A DNA stretch of 64,000 nt from a virus (taxonomy: Duplodnaviria > Caudoviricetes), in the IMG/VR virus record IMGVR_UViG_3300031994_000094, positions 1,826-65,825 of that record; one strand, written 5' to 3'. The translations under genes were made by a program, and so were the position numbers. Shown here piece by piece: positions 17,815-27,420 of this stretch. Within the stretch, counting starts at the first letter, position 1, and each line of letters begins with the position of its first letter. A model generated the notes under the pieces. The model saw nothing but the letters and a program-made list of their open reading frames with translations. It searched no databases and had not been told where the DNA came from.

Positions 17815-19172
17815 AATTACATAGTAGTAGTGATGATTATAAATTATATCATGGCAGTATGTTGGATATGGCAGAGGTTGTTGATCCATGTTCGATTGAT
17901 TCTATTGTTACAGATCCACCGTATGAATTAAACTTCATGAATAAAGGATGGGATAATAGTGGTATTGCATTTCAGAAAGAAACGTGGAAGAATTGCTTTG
18001 AAGTGTTAAAGCCAGGTGGTTACTTGTTAGCTTTTGGTGGTTCCAGAACATTTCATAGAATTGCGTGCGCTATTGAGGACGTTGGATTTGAGATTAGAGA
18101 TACAATAATGTGGCTTTATGGTAGTGGATTTCCTAAAAGTCAAAATGTGGGAAAGGCTATTGAATCTAAACTTTTAACAGGAAGTGCAAATACGCAAAAT
18201 TATAAAAAACTACAAGGTACAAAAGTTGAAAGCGGTGGTTGGGGTATTAGCAAAAACGCATTTGAATATGGTGCAAGACCTTCTGATTATAGTGCTGATG
18301 CACATTTAAGAGTTGATAAAGTAGATTATCAGACAGAGGAGGGTAAGCATTGGGATGGTTGGGGAACAACCTTGAAACCAGCTTATGAACCGATAATTGT
18401 AGCACGTAAACCATGTGAAGGTAGTACAACAGATAATGTGTTAAAGTACGGTGTAGGTGGTATAAATATAGATGAGTGTAGGGTAGGTACAGATTCAATA
18501 AAGACATTTGGTAAAAATGCTTGTAGCAATCCAAACATTTATGGTGATTACAAATCGAAAGATTTTGATGGAGAATGTCATACAGGTAGATTCCCTGCTA
18601 ATGTAATATTAACATATGATGATTCTGATTTTGATGAAGTATGTGGTGGTATGCCGTATACAGAAAGTAAAGGCAGTGCAACTACAATGCCTAATTTTAA
18701 GGATGCCGGACAGAAAAATACGGTTAATAAAGTAGGATATAATGATGGTGATACTGCTGACCGTATTAAGTCTGATTATATCTCTCCTATTGACGAGGGA
18801 TCTGCCGCAAGATACTTTTATTGTGCAAAAGCGAGTAATAAAGACCGTGATGAGGGGGTTGGATCAGAAATAAAAAAGAATAATCACCCTACGGTTAAAC
18901 CATGTGAACTTATGCAGTATCTTGTAAGACTTGTAACTCCCAATAATGGTATAGTTCTTGATCCGTTCAATGGCTCCGGTAGTACAGGAAAAGCCTGTAT
19001 GTGTGAAAATGTGGAAAGAAATAAAGGGTATATATATATCGGAATTGAATTGTCAGAGCAGTACCTTAACATAAGTAGGGCAAGAATCGACTATGCTAAG
19101 ACATATAAGTATATTCCAGACGTATATAAACCAATAAATTCTGAATGTAAGTCTGTAAGGAGATTATTTTAG
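17811..19172 (+). CDS. DNA N6-adenine/N4-cytosine methyltransferase (beta class)
   Basis: DPPY; HPTVKP; LDPFNGSGSTG. Confidence 0.92.
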   Translation: MKLHSSSDDYKLYHGSMLDMAEVVDPCSIDSIVTDPPYELNFMNKGWDNSGIAFQKETWKNCFEVLKPGGYLLAFGGSRTFHRIACAIEDVGFEIRDTIMWLYGSGFPKSQNVGKAIESKLLTGSANTQNYKKLQGTKVESGGWGISKNAFEYGARPSDYSADAHLRVDKVDYQTEEGKHWDGWGTTLKPAYEPIIVARKPCEGSTTDNVLKYGVGGINIDECRVGTDSIKTFGKNACSNPNIYGDYKSKDFDGECHTGRFPANVILTYDDSDFDEVCGGMPYTESKGSATTMPNFKDAGQKNTVNKVGYNDGDTADRIKSDYISPIDEGSAARYFYCAKASNKDRDEGVGSEIKKNNHPTVKPCELMQYLVRLVTPNNGIVLDPFNGSGSTGKACMCENVERNKGYIYIGIELSEQYLNISRARIDYAKTYKYIPDVYKPINSECKSVRRLF

Positions 19173-20120
19173 ATGGTTAAAAATTTAAGACTAATAGAGT
19201 TATTTGCTGGATATGGGTCGCAGGCACTTGCATTTAAATATTTAGGAGTGCCATTTGAATATCATTTTGTGTGTGAGTTTGATAAGTATGCTATTCAATC
19301 TTATAATGATATTCATGGAACAGATTTTGAAGTGTCAGACATAAGAAATATTCATGCCGATGATTTGAATATTGTTGAAACTGATAAGTATAAGTATCTT
19401 ATGACATATTCTTTTCCTTGTACAGACTTATCCGTAGCCGGGAAACGTGCAGGCATGGAGAGAGAGAGCGGTACTTCTTCAAGTCTTTTGTGGGAAGTAG
19501 AAAGATTACTCAAAGAGTGTAAGGAGTTACCACAATACTTATTGATGGAAAACGTGCCAATGGTTATCGCTAAAGATAATTTGCATAATTTTGGACAATG
19601 GGCTTCATTTCTTACAAAGTTAGGATATGACAATTATTATCAACTCTTAAATGCAAAAGATTATGGTGTTCCACAGAATAGAGAAAGATGTTTCATGGTA
19701 AGTATTCTTAAATCTGAACATAAGTCTTTTGCATTTCCAAAACCAAAGCCACTTGAGATCCGATTAAAAGATGTACTTGAAGATAATGTTGATGAAAAGT
19801 ATTATCTTACGTCTGAAAAAGCACAAAGATTGATTTATCAGTTGGCTGAAAAAGGGCAGTTAAAACCAGGTGGCGTGGATTTATCCCTAAAAAAAACGAG
19901 AAATATTGATATTGCAAACTGCGTGGTCGCAAGATATGATTGTGGTATTTCAAATCAACAAAATTTAGGTACTGGTGTAATTGAAGTTGGTCATATAGAG
20001 AAAGGTACAGGAAAACATCAAAGTAATACTGTATATAGTGGGGGGGGGCTATCCCCAACACTAATGAGTAATAATTACAAAGAACCAATAAAGGTGGTAG
20101 TTAAAAATGAACACTTATGA
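19173..20120 (+). CDS. C5 cytosine methyltransferase, N-terminal part (motifs I-VIII)
   Basis: ELFAGYG, YSFPC, ENV, PQNRER; lacks motifs IX-X. Confidence 0.9.
   Translation: MVKNLRLIELFAGYGSQALAFKYLGVPFEYHFVCEFDKYAIQSYNDIHGTDFEVSDIRNIHADDLNIVETDKYKYLMTYSFPCTDLSVAGKRAGMERESGTSSSLLWEVERLLKECKELPQYLLMENVPMVIAKDNLHNFGQWASFLTKLGYDNYYQLLNAKDYGVPQNRERCFMVSILKSEHKSFAFPKPKPLEIRLKDVLEDNVDEKYYLTSEKAQRLIYQLAEKGQLKPGGVDLSLKKTRNIDIANCVVARYDCGISNQQNLGTGVIEVGHIEKGTGKHQSNTVYSGGGLSPTLMSNNYKEPIKVVVKNEHL
20040..20048. repeat. G9 homopolymer in the methyltransferase variable region
   Basis: 9 consecutive G. Confidence 0.85.
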
Positions 20121-20190
20121 TTATGCTGAGAGTTTGTATGTAGGTAAGTCAGATAGATTTTTTGATGGGGTATTGGGGGGGGGGGCATAG
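20107..20190 (+). CDS. 27-aa mini-ORF, frameshifted at G11 relative to the C-terminal methyltransferase ORF
   Basis: AAGGTGG RBS + ATG 20107; one extra G would fuse it in frame to 20202..20744. Confidence 0.55.
   Translation: MNTYDYAESLYVGKSDRFFDGVLGGGA
20175..20185. repeat. G11 homopolymer (candidate phase-variation tract)
   Basis: 11 consecutive G in an AT-rich genome. Confidence 0.9.
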
Positions 20191-20201
20191 CAAAAACAAT
20201 T

Positions 20202-20744
20202 ATGACGGGCGGTGAAAGTGCTGTTATTCTAAAGGGGAATAAAAATATGAATGTAGAGTTAAAATGTGTAGGTCAGATGGAGGGTTCTTTTGAAAGTGCA
20301 AATAGGGTATATGATCCGAATGGTTTGTCACCAACCATACCATGCTATCATACAGATGCGGAGGTAAAAATACTTGAAGAGAGAGAGAGTGGCTTAAAGA
20401 TTAAGAACGCAACAAAACAAGGCTACTTAGAGGCAAAGCCTGGAGATAGTGTTGGGATAGGAGGTAGAATGGAGTGGCATAGAGCAAATGTTATGAATGG
20501 TATTGCTAAGACATTAACTTGTTCAGAAAATGATGTTGGTGTTGTAGCTGAAGATTATAGGATCAGAAAATTAACACCTAAAGAATGTTTTAGACTGATG
20601 GGTGTTAAAGATGAGGATTATGATAAACTAACAGTAAGCAATTCCCAAAGATATAAACAAGCTGGAAATAGTATTGTAGTAGATGTGTTAATGGCAATCT
20701 TTGAAAATATGTTTATAAAGGATTGTAAGGGAAGATTATTCTAA
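20202..20744 (+). CDS. C5 methyltransferase, C-terminal part (variable region plus motifs IX-X); alternative start 20247
   Basis: RKLTPKECFRLMG; YKQAGNSIVV. Confidence 0.88.
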   Translation: MTGGESAVILKGNKNMNVELKCVGQMEGSFESANRVYDPNGLSPTIPCYHTDAEVKILEERESGLKIKNATKQGYLEAKPGDSVGIGGRMEWHRANVMNGIAKTLTCSENDVGVVAEDYRIRKLTPKECFRLMGVKDEDYDKLTVSNSQRYKQAGNSIVVDVLMAIFENMFIKDCKGRLF

Positions 20745-20759
20745 AGGAGGATAAAAAGA

Positions 20760-21845
20760 ATGAAGATTAAGACAAAGGAATTTAAGGAACTGGTATCTAA
20801 GGTGTCAATCGGTATAGGTGGAGATAAGTTGATACCTATTACAGAATTGATATGTATATCAAATCGTGATGGTAAGGTAACACTCATTACTACAGATGCT
20901 ACAAACTATGTTTATGCAGAAGGTAATAGTGAAGATAAAAACGATTTTGACGTTGTTATCTTTGCAGAACAGCTTGTTAAGTTAGTAGGAAAGTTGACAA
21001 GTGAGTACATCACATTTGAGATTGAACAGGATAATCTTGTAATATCAGCAAACGGTAAGTACACAGTAGAGTTACCTCTTGATGAAAATGGTGAGTTCAT
21101 TAAGTATCCTAATCCGAGAGAAGATATGAACCCCGATGTTAAGCCAGTTGAGGTATCTATAGAAGATATAAAGAAAGCTATTCAGATTGCAAAACCTTCA
21201 CTTGCTACAACACTTGAACGTCCTGTGCTTACAAACTACTATGCCGGAGATACAGTGTTTGCAACAAATGGTGTGTTTGTAACTGAGTATAGAAAAAAGC
21301 TGTTTGACACTCCACAGTTAATCTCAGCAAAGCTGATGGACATTGTTGGTTCGTTCACAGCAAATAAGGCAACTGTAATGATAGATGATAAGTATATCTA
21401 TGTTACTTGTGGTGATGTTTCAGTGTACAGTAAAGTTAATGATGATGTAGATGAGTATGCTCTGGATGCAGTTAAGCAGTTTATCAGCACACAGTTTGAC
21501 CATTCATGCAAGGTTAACACCAGTGAGTTTATTTCCGCACTTGACCGTATATCACTCTTTGTGTCAAAGTATGATAATGATGCAGTAAGGCTTACATTTG
21601 ATAAAGATAGTATTGCAATCTCCAATGTAAAATCTGGAAGTAATGAAGCTGTCGGGTATGTAGAGAAGAAGTCAAAGAGTAAGAAGAAGTTTGAAGCCTT
21701 TGAAGTATATATCAATGCTAAGATGCTGATGGATCAGTTAAAAGCATATGTCGGTGAGAATGTAACGGTAGAATATGGAACTGATTTTGCAATCTCGCTT
21801 GTATCAGAAGATACTACTCAGATTATAAGTCTGATGGAAGTATAA
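20760..21845 (+). CDS. dnaN: DNA polymerase III beta-clamp-like protein
   Basis: 361 aa, three-domain size; LPLDENGEFIKYP, ALDRISLF, INAKMLMD patterns. Confidence 0.75.
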   Translation: MKIKTKEFKELVSKVSIGIGGDKLIPITELICISNRDGKVTLITTDATNYVYAEGNSEDKNDFDVVIFAEQLVKLVGKLTSEYITFEIEQDNLVISANGKYTVELPLDENGEFIKYPNPREDMNPDVKPVEVSIEDIKKAIQIAKPSLATTLERPVLTNYYAGDTVFATNGVFVTEYRKKLFDTPQLISAKLMDIVGSFTANKATVMIDDKYIYVTCGDVSVYSKVNDDVDEYALDAVKQFISTQFDHSCKVNTSEFISALDRISLFVSKYDNDAVRLTFDKDSIAISNVKSGSNEAVGYVEKKSKSKKKFEAFEVYINAKMLMDQLKAYVGENVTVEYGTDFAISLVSEDTTQIISLMEV

Positions 21846-21859
21846 ATACCTCTTTTCTT

Positions 21860-21890
21860 AGGAGTGATTGCAGAACAATCACTCCTTTTA
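21860..21890 (+). terminator. Rho-independent terminator
   Basis: AGGAGTGATTG/CAATCACTCCT stem plus TTT. Confidence 0.8.
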
Positions 21891-21908
21891 ATTTACTAAA
21901 TTTAGTGC

Positions 21909-21947
21909 TTGCAATATACTAAATATTGTGCTATAATGTTTAATGTA
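21909..21947 (+). promoter_or_regulatory. sigmaA promoter with operator (copy 3)
   Basis: TTGCAA-17-TATAAT-GTTTAATGTA. Confidence 0.8.
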
Positions 21948-21987
21948 ATCAAGTTTATGGTCTTTAAGACAGAAAGGAGAAAAGATT

Positions 21988-22194
21988 ATGCGATTTGTAA
22001 ATGTAACTGATGAGACTTATGAGAAGTTGGTAAAGATTGCCAAAGAAACTGAGCAACCTGTGTCTAAGATTGTAGATGATGTGATAGATGGATTTATGCA
22101 CTTTGCAGTGTTATCATTTGCACAGAATGAGGCATTGAAGTTAGTGAAAACCATGTTAGACGATGCTGAAGAGGAAGGGGAGGAATTAGAGTAG
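21988..22194 (+). CDS. Small ribbon-helix-helix-like protein
   Basis: MRFVNVTDETYEKLVKIAKETEQPVSKIVDD. Confidence 0.55.
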   Translation: MRFVNVTDETYEKLVKIAKETEQPVSKIVDDVIDGFMHFAVLSFAQNEALKLVKTMLDDAEEEGEELE

Positions 22195-23000
22195 TGGCGA
22201 GAAGAAATCTTAAAGGCATATTTAATATGCTTGATGCTATAAACGAAGAGTTGCCAGTTGAGCAACTCTTCGTAAATGATTTGAAGCGGTCTATCGAGTT
22301 GACCGATGAGAAGAATTGGGTTTCTGGAAGTAAGTCATATAAACCCAGTGGGATGAATTGTATGCGACAAAGTTACTACGTTATAACTGGTGCTGAGACA
22401 GACCCTGGAGAATCAAATAGTGTATCCGTTGGTATATGCGAAAGTGGTACTGATAGGCATGAGCGTATTCAGAATGCAGTCTTGCATATGAAAGATAATG
22501 GATTTGATTGCGAATATATCAATGTGGCAGATTATGTGAGGCAAAGAAATCTCGATTATCTCAGCATCGTTAAAGAACCAAACTTTGAAGCTGGAGAGTA
22601 TGAGACAAAGCTATATCATAACCCTTTGAATATATCATTCCTATGTGATGGTATTATCAAGTATCATAATCACTACTATATACTGGAAATAAAGACAGAA
22701 ACCAGTAGTAAGTTCTTTCAGCGTAAAGAGGTAGACCCATCACATTATCATCAAGCTACCGCATATAGTTTAGCTTTTGGGATTGATGAGGTGCTGTTCC
22801 TATATGAGTGTAGAGATAACTGTGATAAAAAATGTTTTATGCTCAAAGTTACAGACAGGATGAGAAAAGATTTAGTGGCATATATCAATGAATGCAATAA
22901 ATATATTTACAGAAGCGAAGTACCGCCAAAGCCCGAAGATGTAGCTAAGAAAACGTGTAATTATTGTAGCTATAAAGGACGGTGTAAGTTAGATGAATAA
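22194..23000 (+). CDS. Cas4-like / PD-(D/E)XK exonuclease
   Basis: CDGII...LEIKT; QATAY; Cys ligands (NCMRQ, CNYCSYKGRC). Confidence 0.85.
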   Translation: MARRNLKGIFNMLDAINEELPVEQLFVNDLKRSIELTDEKNWVSGSKSYKPSGMNCMRQSYYVITGAETDPGESNSVSVGICESGTDRHERIQNAVLHMKDNGFDCEYINVADYVRQRNLDYLSIVKEPNFEAGEYETKLYHNPLNISFLCDGIIKYHNHYYILEIKTETSSKFFQRKEVDPSHYHQATAYSLAFGIDEVLFLYECRDNCDKKCFMLKVTDRMRKDLVAYINECNKYIYRSEVPPKPEDVAKKTCNYCSYKGRCKLDE

Positions 23001-23544
23001 TCAAGAAGGGTTAAATCGAGGTAAGGATTTTGAGTTGGTAATACGTGATGCGTTTCAGCGAGTACCCAATACAACAGTAGAGCGTATGCCTGACCCAGTA
23101 ATGGGTTATCTCGGAATTAAAAATAAATGTGATTTTATGATGTATCACTTCCCATTCCAATATTATATAGAGTGTAAGACGATACAGAGCCATAGGTTGC
23201 CAATAGAAAATATCACATTTAATCAGCGTACTGGTATGCTGGGAGTCAGTGAGATTGATGGGGTTATAGCCGGAGTTATATGTTGGTTCATACCCGAAGA
23301 AAGAACGATATTCTTGCCAATACAGACGGTAGAAAAGTATCGGTTAGCTGGAGAAAAGAGTATCAATCTTAGAAAGATGTGGGATGATAGTTTTATAGAA
23401 ATACATGGCAAGAAGAAACGTGTATTTTATGATTATGATATAGGAGAGTTTATCAATACGTGTTGTGAGCGAAAACTTGCAGAAAGGAGAAAGAAGTATG
23501 GAATCAATATGGAAAGAAAGTCCAGAAAGTCTACCAAAGGTTAA
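22993..23544 (+). CDS. recU: RecU-like Holliday junction resolvase
   Basis: NRGKDFE...CDF...IECK...ITFNQ. Confidence 0.75.
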   Translation: MNNQEGLNRGKDFELVIRDAFQRVPNTTVERMPDPVMGYLGIKNKCDFMMYHFPFQYYIECKTIQSHRLPIENITFNQRTGMLGVSEIDGVIAGVICWFIPEERTIFLPIQTVEKYRLAGEKSINLRKMWDDSFIEIHGKKKRVFYDYDIGEFINTCCERKLAERRKKYGINMERKSRKSTKG

Positions 23545-23752
23545 ACCTTGTCCGTTGTGTGGGGGGTATGCAAAGCTGGAGCGTAAGTCTAAAACTATTA
23601 TTGGTGGGGAGCAGAAATATATAACTTATGTAAGATGCTGTGACTGTGATGCAAGAGGTCCACGGGTGTTGTTAGGTATCAATACTACTTATGCAAGAGA
23701 GATAGCAATTAAGCGGTGGAATAGGAGGGTGTATGAAGATATCGAGTGCTGA
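23498..23752 (+). CDS. Lar-family zinc-finger protein
   Basis: KPCPLCGG...VRCCDCDARGP...AIKRWNRR. Confidence 0.75.
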   Translation: MESIWKESPESLPKVKPCPLCGGYAKLERKSKTIIGGEQKYITYVRCCDCDARGPRVLLGINTTYAREIAIKRWNRRVYEDIEC

Positions 23753-24251
23753 TATGCAGAAGATAGCTGGTATAAGAGAGGATGTAGAAAAGCATTCAAA
23801 GTTTATAGATAATGTTGTAAATGATATCATAAAGCCATATATTAAGGACTTAGATAAGTATGTCAGCTTTATTAAGGATTGTTTGAAAGATGGTGAAAAT
23901 CCACCAACAACAGCAGAACTGGATGATTTTGTTATGAATCTTGCAACTTACATTTACTTTGCAAGCGGGGCATGTGAGCAGTTAGGTATTCGGGATGATA
24001 TAAGCAAAGCTGTGTATAAGGAAATGTATCATAGCAAGCGTTCTGAAATTTCACATGGTACAGTAGCTGATAAGGATAGTATAGCAGAATTGGAAAGTCT
24101 GTCAGAGCAGATAACCAATATAGCTTACAATAGGGCATATAAGACTATGAAAGCAAAGGTAGAGAATGCACAAGAGTTATTGAGTAGTGCAAAGAAAGTG
24201 CTGAGTCACAGACTTCAGGAAATGTCCTTAGTTCAAATGGATACACATTAA
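23733..24251 (+). CDS. Conserved helical phage protein
   Basis: ORF in operon context. Confidence 0.7.
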   Translation: MKISSADMQKIAGIREDVEKHSKFIDNVVNDIIKPYIKDLDKYVSFIKDCLKDGENPPTTAELDDFVMNLATYIYFASGACEQLGIRDDISKAVYKEMYHSKRSEISHGTVADKDSIAELESLSEQITNIAYNRAYKTMKAKVENAQELLSSAKKVLSHRLQEMSLVQMDTH

Positions 24252-24281
24252 GTAAGGTAGAAAAAAGATAGGGGTAGTTGA

Positions 24282-24830
24282 ATGAATAACAACGATAAAG
24301 CGATTATTGTCTTGACAGGATTTTTTGTACTATCAACTCTATCGCTTTTATTTATACCATCAAAAGCACCCGTACAAGACGATTTAAGCACCGAAACAAG
24401 TGTAAGTACAGAAATACTCACAGAGACAGAAAAACCGTATGAAATCGTCACAGAGAGCGTATCAGAGCAAGAAGATACTGATTTGACAGATACATATTTT
24501 ATGGGTGAGCGAATGCACTACTCAAAGCCTTATGAAATTGTAGAATATCCGCTTGCAGTAGATAATGGGTTGGTATTCTTTAGAGGGCACGCAGAAGTAT
24601 GGTACTCAGTCAAAGAAAAAGTTGGTTATACAACAGAGTATAAAATTCCCGGAAAACACGTTGCTGATGATGGTACAATAAGAGATAAAGATGGATACAT
24701 ATGTGCAGCATCAAAAGACTTACCGAAAGGTCATACGCTTTTAACCAGTTTAGGTCCTGGGAAAGTTTATGATAAATGGGAAACAAGTAGAAGTATAGGT
24801 ATTTACACAGATTGGAGGAAAGAAGAATGA
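24282..24830 (+). CDS. N-terminally anchored protein with 3D-like (peptidoglycan-related) domain
   Basis: TM helix, Thr/Glu linker, DGTIRDKDGYICAAS...GKVYD. Confidence 0.55.
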   Translation: MNNNDKAIIVLTGFFVLSTLSLLFIPSKAPVQDDLSTETSVSTEILTETEKPYEIVTESVSEQEDTDLTDTYFMGERMHYSKPYEIVEYPLAVDNGLVFFRGHAEVWYSVKEKVGYTTEYKIPGKHVADDGTIRDKDGYICAASKDLPKGHTLLTSLGPGKVYDKWETSRSIGIYTDWRKEE

Positions 24831-25129
24831 AGCTGATTATTAACACAAAGAAAAAGACAATCGAAGAGAAGCCACATAAGATTGATAGTAAGATAGACCC
24901 AGTTGTAGCAGAGACTATATTAGCCAATCAGCTTGCACTTATAATAGCAACACAAGCACATAGAAATTATAAGAAGAGAGAAGTGCGGGAGCAATATATC
25001 AGAATGGTGTGTTGTTCTGCTATGAGAATACTTGATAAATTGGATAGAAATACATCAGCAGAAGAGAGGCTTCTTAGAAATATCTTTGGAGAAGATAGCA
25101 TTGATAATTTAACGGGAGAAGAAGAATGA
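24827..25129 (+). CDS. Hypothetical protein
   Basis: GGAGG RBS before ATG 24827. Confidence 0.6.
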   Translation: MKLIINTKKKTIEEKPHKIDSKIDPVVAETILANQLALIIATQAHRNYKKREVREQYIRMVCCSAMRILDKLDRNTSAEERLLRNIFGEDSIDNLTGEEE

Positions 25130-27420
25130 AAAAAGCAACAGAAGATTGTTACATCCCTATTACAGAGGAACAGCTTAACGGCGGTGCAGAGTGGGTAAAA
25201 ACCCACAAAGGTACAAACATTGTCGATACTCCTCTGTGGGTGCTTATATCTTTAGGGGTTCAGGCAATACAGGCAGAAAGTGAGGAATAAACATGGAATT
25301 TTTGTATGAGCCAATAAATCCATTTCAAGATGATGGGCTATCAAATAAGGACAGAGAAATGATTAATGCTATGCGTGATACAGCTTATGTATGCGGATAT
25401 AGGGGAGAAGATGTTGAGTTTGCAGTGCATAAGGCATTAAAAAGAATGGGTAGATACGATTTATTGCCGCCGTGTGAGCAAGACAGAAAGTGAGGTGCAG
25501 AATGCAGATAGTGATTGATATATCAGAACGGCGATACAAAGATATACAGAGGATTGCATCGGTGCAACTTAAAAGCAACTACTTTCAAACGGCAGAACAG
25601 ATTATAGCGAGTGGCACACCACTACCAAAAGGACACGGAAACATATATGACGAAAACGATATTAAAAAGAGAATTGAAAATCCGTACCAATGTCAAACTG
25701 TGTTAAATGGACTAAAGTTGATTAAACCAATCTTAGGAGCAGATAATGAATAAGGAAAGGATAATGCATGAATATTTACGATAATTGTAAAAATATAGCG
25801 GAACTAATGGATCAGCATGAACTTGATGTTAGAGCTTGTGAAACATTTGAGTATTTAGGAAAAATTGAAAGATTGAAAGAGACTTTGACAAAAAATATAA
25901 GGAGTTACTGATTGCAGAAAGTGAGGATAATGATGCATATCGTAATTAATATTCCAGAAGAATCCTACAGAGCAACTTGTGATGGATGTATGTTACCACC
26001 GGATGTTGAGAATGTAGTGCAAGGGATTAAGAATGGTACACCACTTCCTAAAGACCGTGCAAAAATAATAGATGATATCGACTTTGCCATCAAGTTAACA
26101 GATGAGCAAGATGATTATAGCATGGGTATGCGCAATGGTATGAGATATGTAAAGAGCCTGATTGATGGCAAAGAACCACAGTATGAATTCAGGCGGACTG
26201 ATGAAGAAATAAAACTTGGGATAAACCTTGGGGATGAGGTGGTTGGTGATTACGGATCAAAAGGTATTGTAGTAGGTATAGACACTTATGAAGGTGAGAT
26301 TTTGTTATCACTTTTGATGAAAAACCATAAAGTGCCTCAACTTGTTAAAGCATCAAGATATAAAACAAAGACAGGCAGACACTTTCCGCAGATTGTAGAA
26401 GTGTTGAAGCAGATGAAAGGAGAAGCAGATGGAAAATAGATTTGTCATGATCCATTGTCCTTATACAGGAAGAAATTATATCTACACCAAAACAATCGTT
26501 AACGGCAAGATTTGTATTGATATAGTAAGGATTGATTAGGAGAAGAAGCATTAAACAGGTAGTCAGATTAGGAGATAACTGTAAAAGATGTTGTTATTTC
26601 GGCAGACAATGCAGAAAGTGAGGAATAAATGCGAAATTACAGATGGTGGTTAAGCCGCAAGAAACGAGTAAGGAAGAAATACACACTACTTCTTGGATGG
26701 TATTATTCTCCGAAAGAAATTAGAGAGTGGTATAACAAGTGGATTGGCAGAAAGTGAGGAAGTAAAATGAAAGTGAAAGATTTAATACATGAATTAAATA
26801 AATTACCGCAAGAGGAGGAGATTGATTTTTGTTCCTATGATAATCATTATGATGTAGAAGTAAAATGGAATATTACAAAAGAAGAATACGAAGAAGGCTA
26901 TACGGATGCACCATACATATATTTAACGAAAATATAACCTTAATATTAAATATTATGTAAGTGGTGTGGTGCAAAGATGAAGGTGGACGGATGATGACAC
27001 GTGAATATGATTGGTTGGTTAACAATAAAAAATGCCCGATGTGTGGAAATACAGAAAGAATACACGCAATCAGTGTATCAAGTGGCACAGGAGACCACTA
27101 TTGGGAAGATACAGAAATCTATTTGCGATGTGGTATATGTTTCTTTGAATCAGACCATTGGAGAAAAAATAGAAGTTGGAAAAAGAAATTGAATAAGAGG
27201 TGGACAAATGATACATAAAGATTGCGGTGGTAAACTAACGGTAATCGAGAGTTTTCAGCAAGAGCGTAAATGCCTACAAATTGTAAGATACAGAAAATGC
27301 CGAAAATGCGGTGTTATTCTCCATTCAATAGAGCAAATACCTGGAGCAGTTATGGAAGTAGGTTATAAACATAGAAATTATAAGCCGGAGGATAAGTATG
27401 ATAAAGATAGAGAAGATTGA
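25126..27420 (+). other. Array of small hypothetical genes (e.g. 25126-25290, 25293-25493, 25502-25753, 25930-26439, 26961-27218, 27208-27420), several with Cys zinc motifs
   Basis: Tightly packed ORFs with RBSs; shared boundary motif. Confidence 0.65.
25273..26760 (+). repeat. Five dispersed copies of the gene-boundary motif (G)CAGAAAGTGAGG(A)
   Basis: At 25273, 25484, 25914, 26611, 26747; each is followed within about 3-8 nt by a start codon. Confidence 0.85.

Noticed and set aside
22194-23000. Cas4-like gene as evidence of a CRISPR system
   Set aside because: Stand-alone Cas4-like exonucleases are common in phage recombination modules; no array or cas1/cas2 in the window
23568-23576. Short G-run in the Lar-like gene as a phase-variation tract
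   Set aside because: Short run, in frame within the conserved CPLCGG motif; explained by the coding sequence
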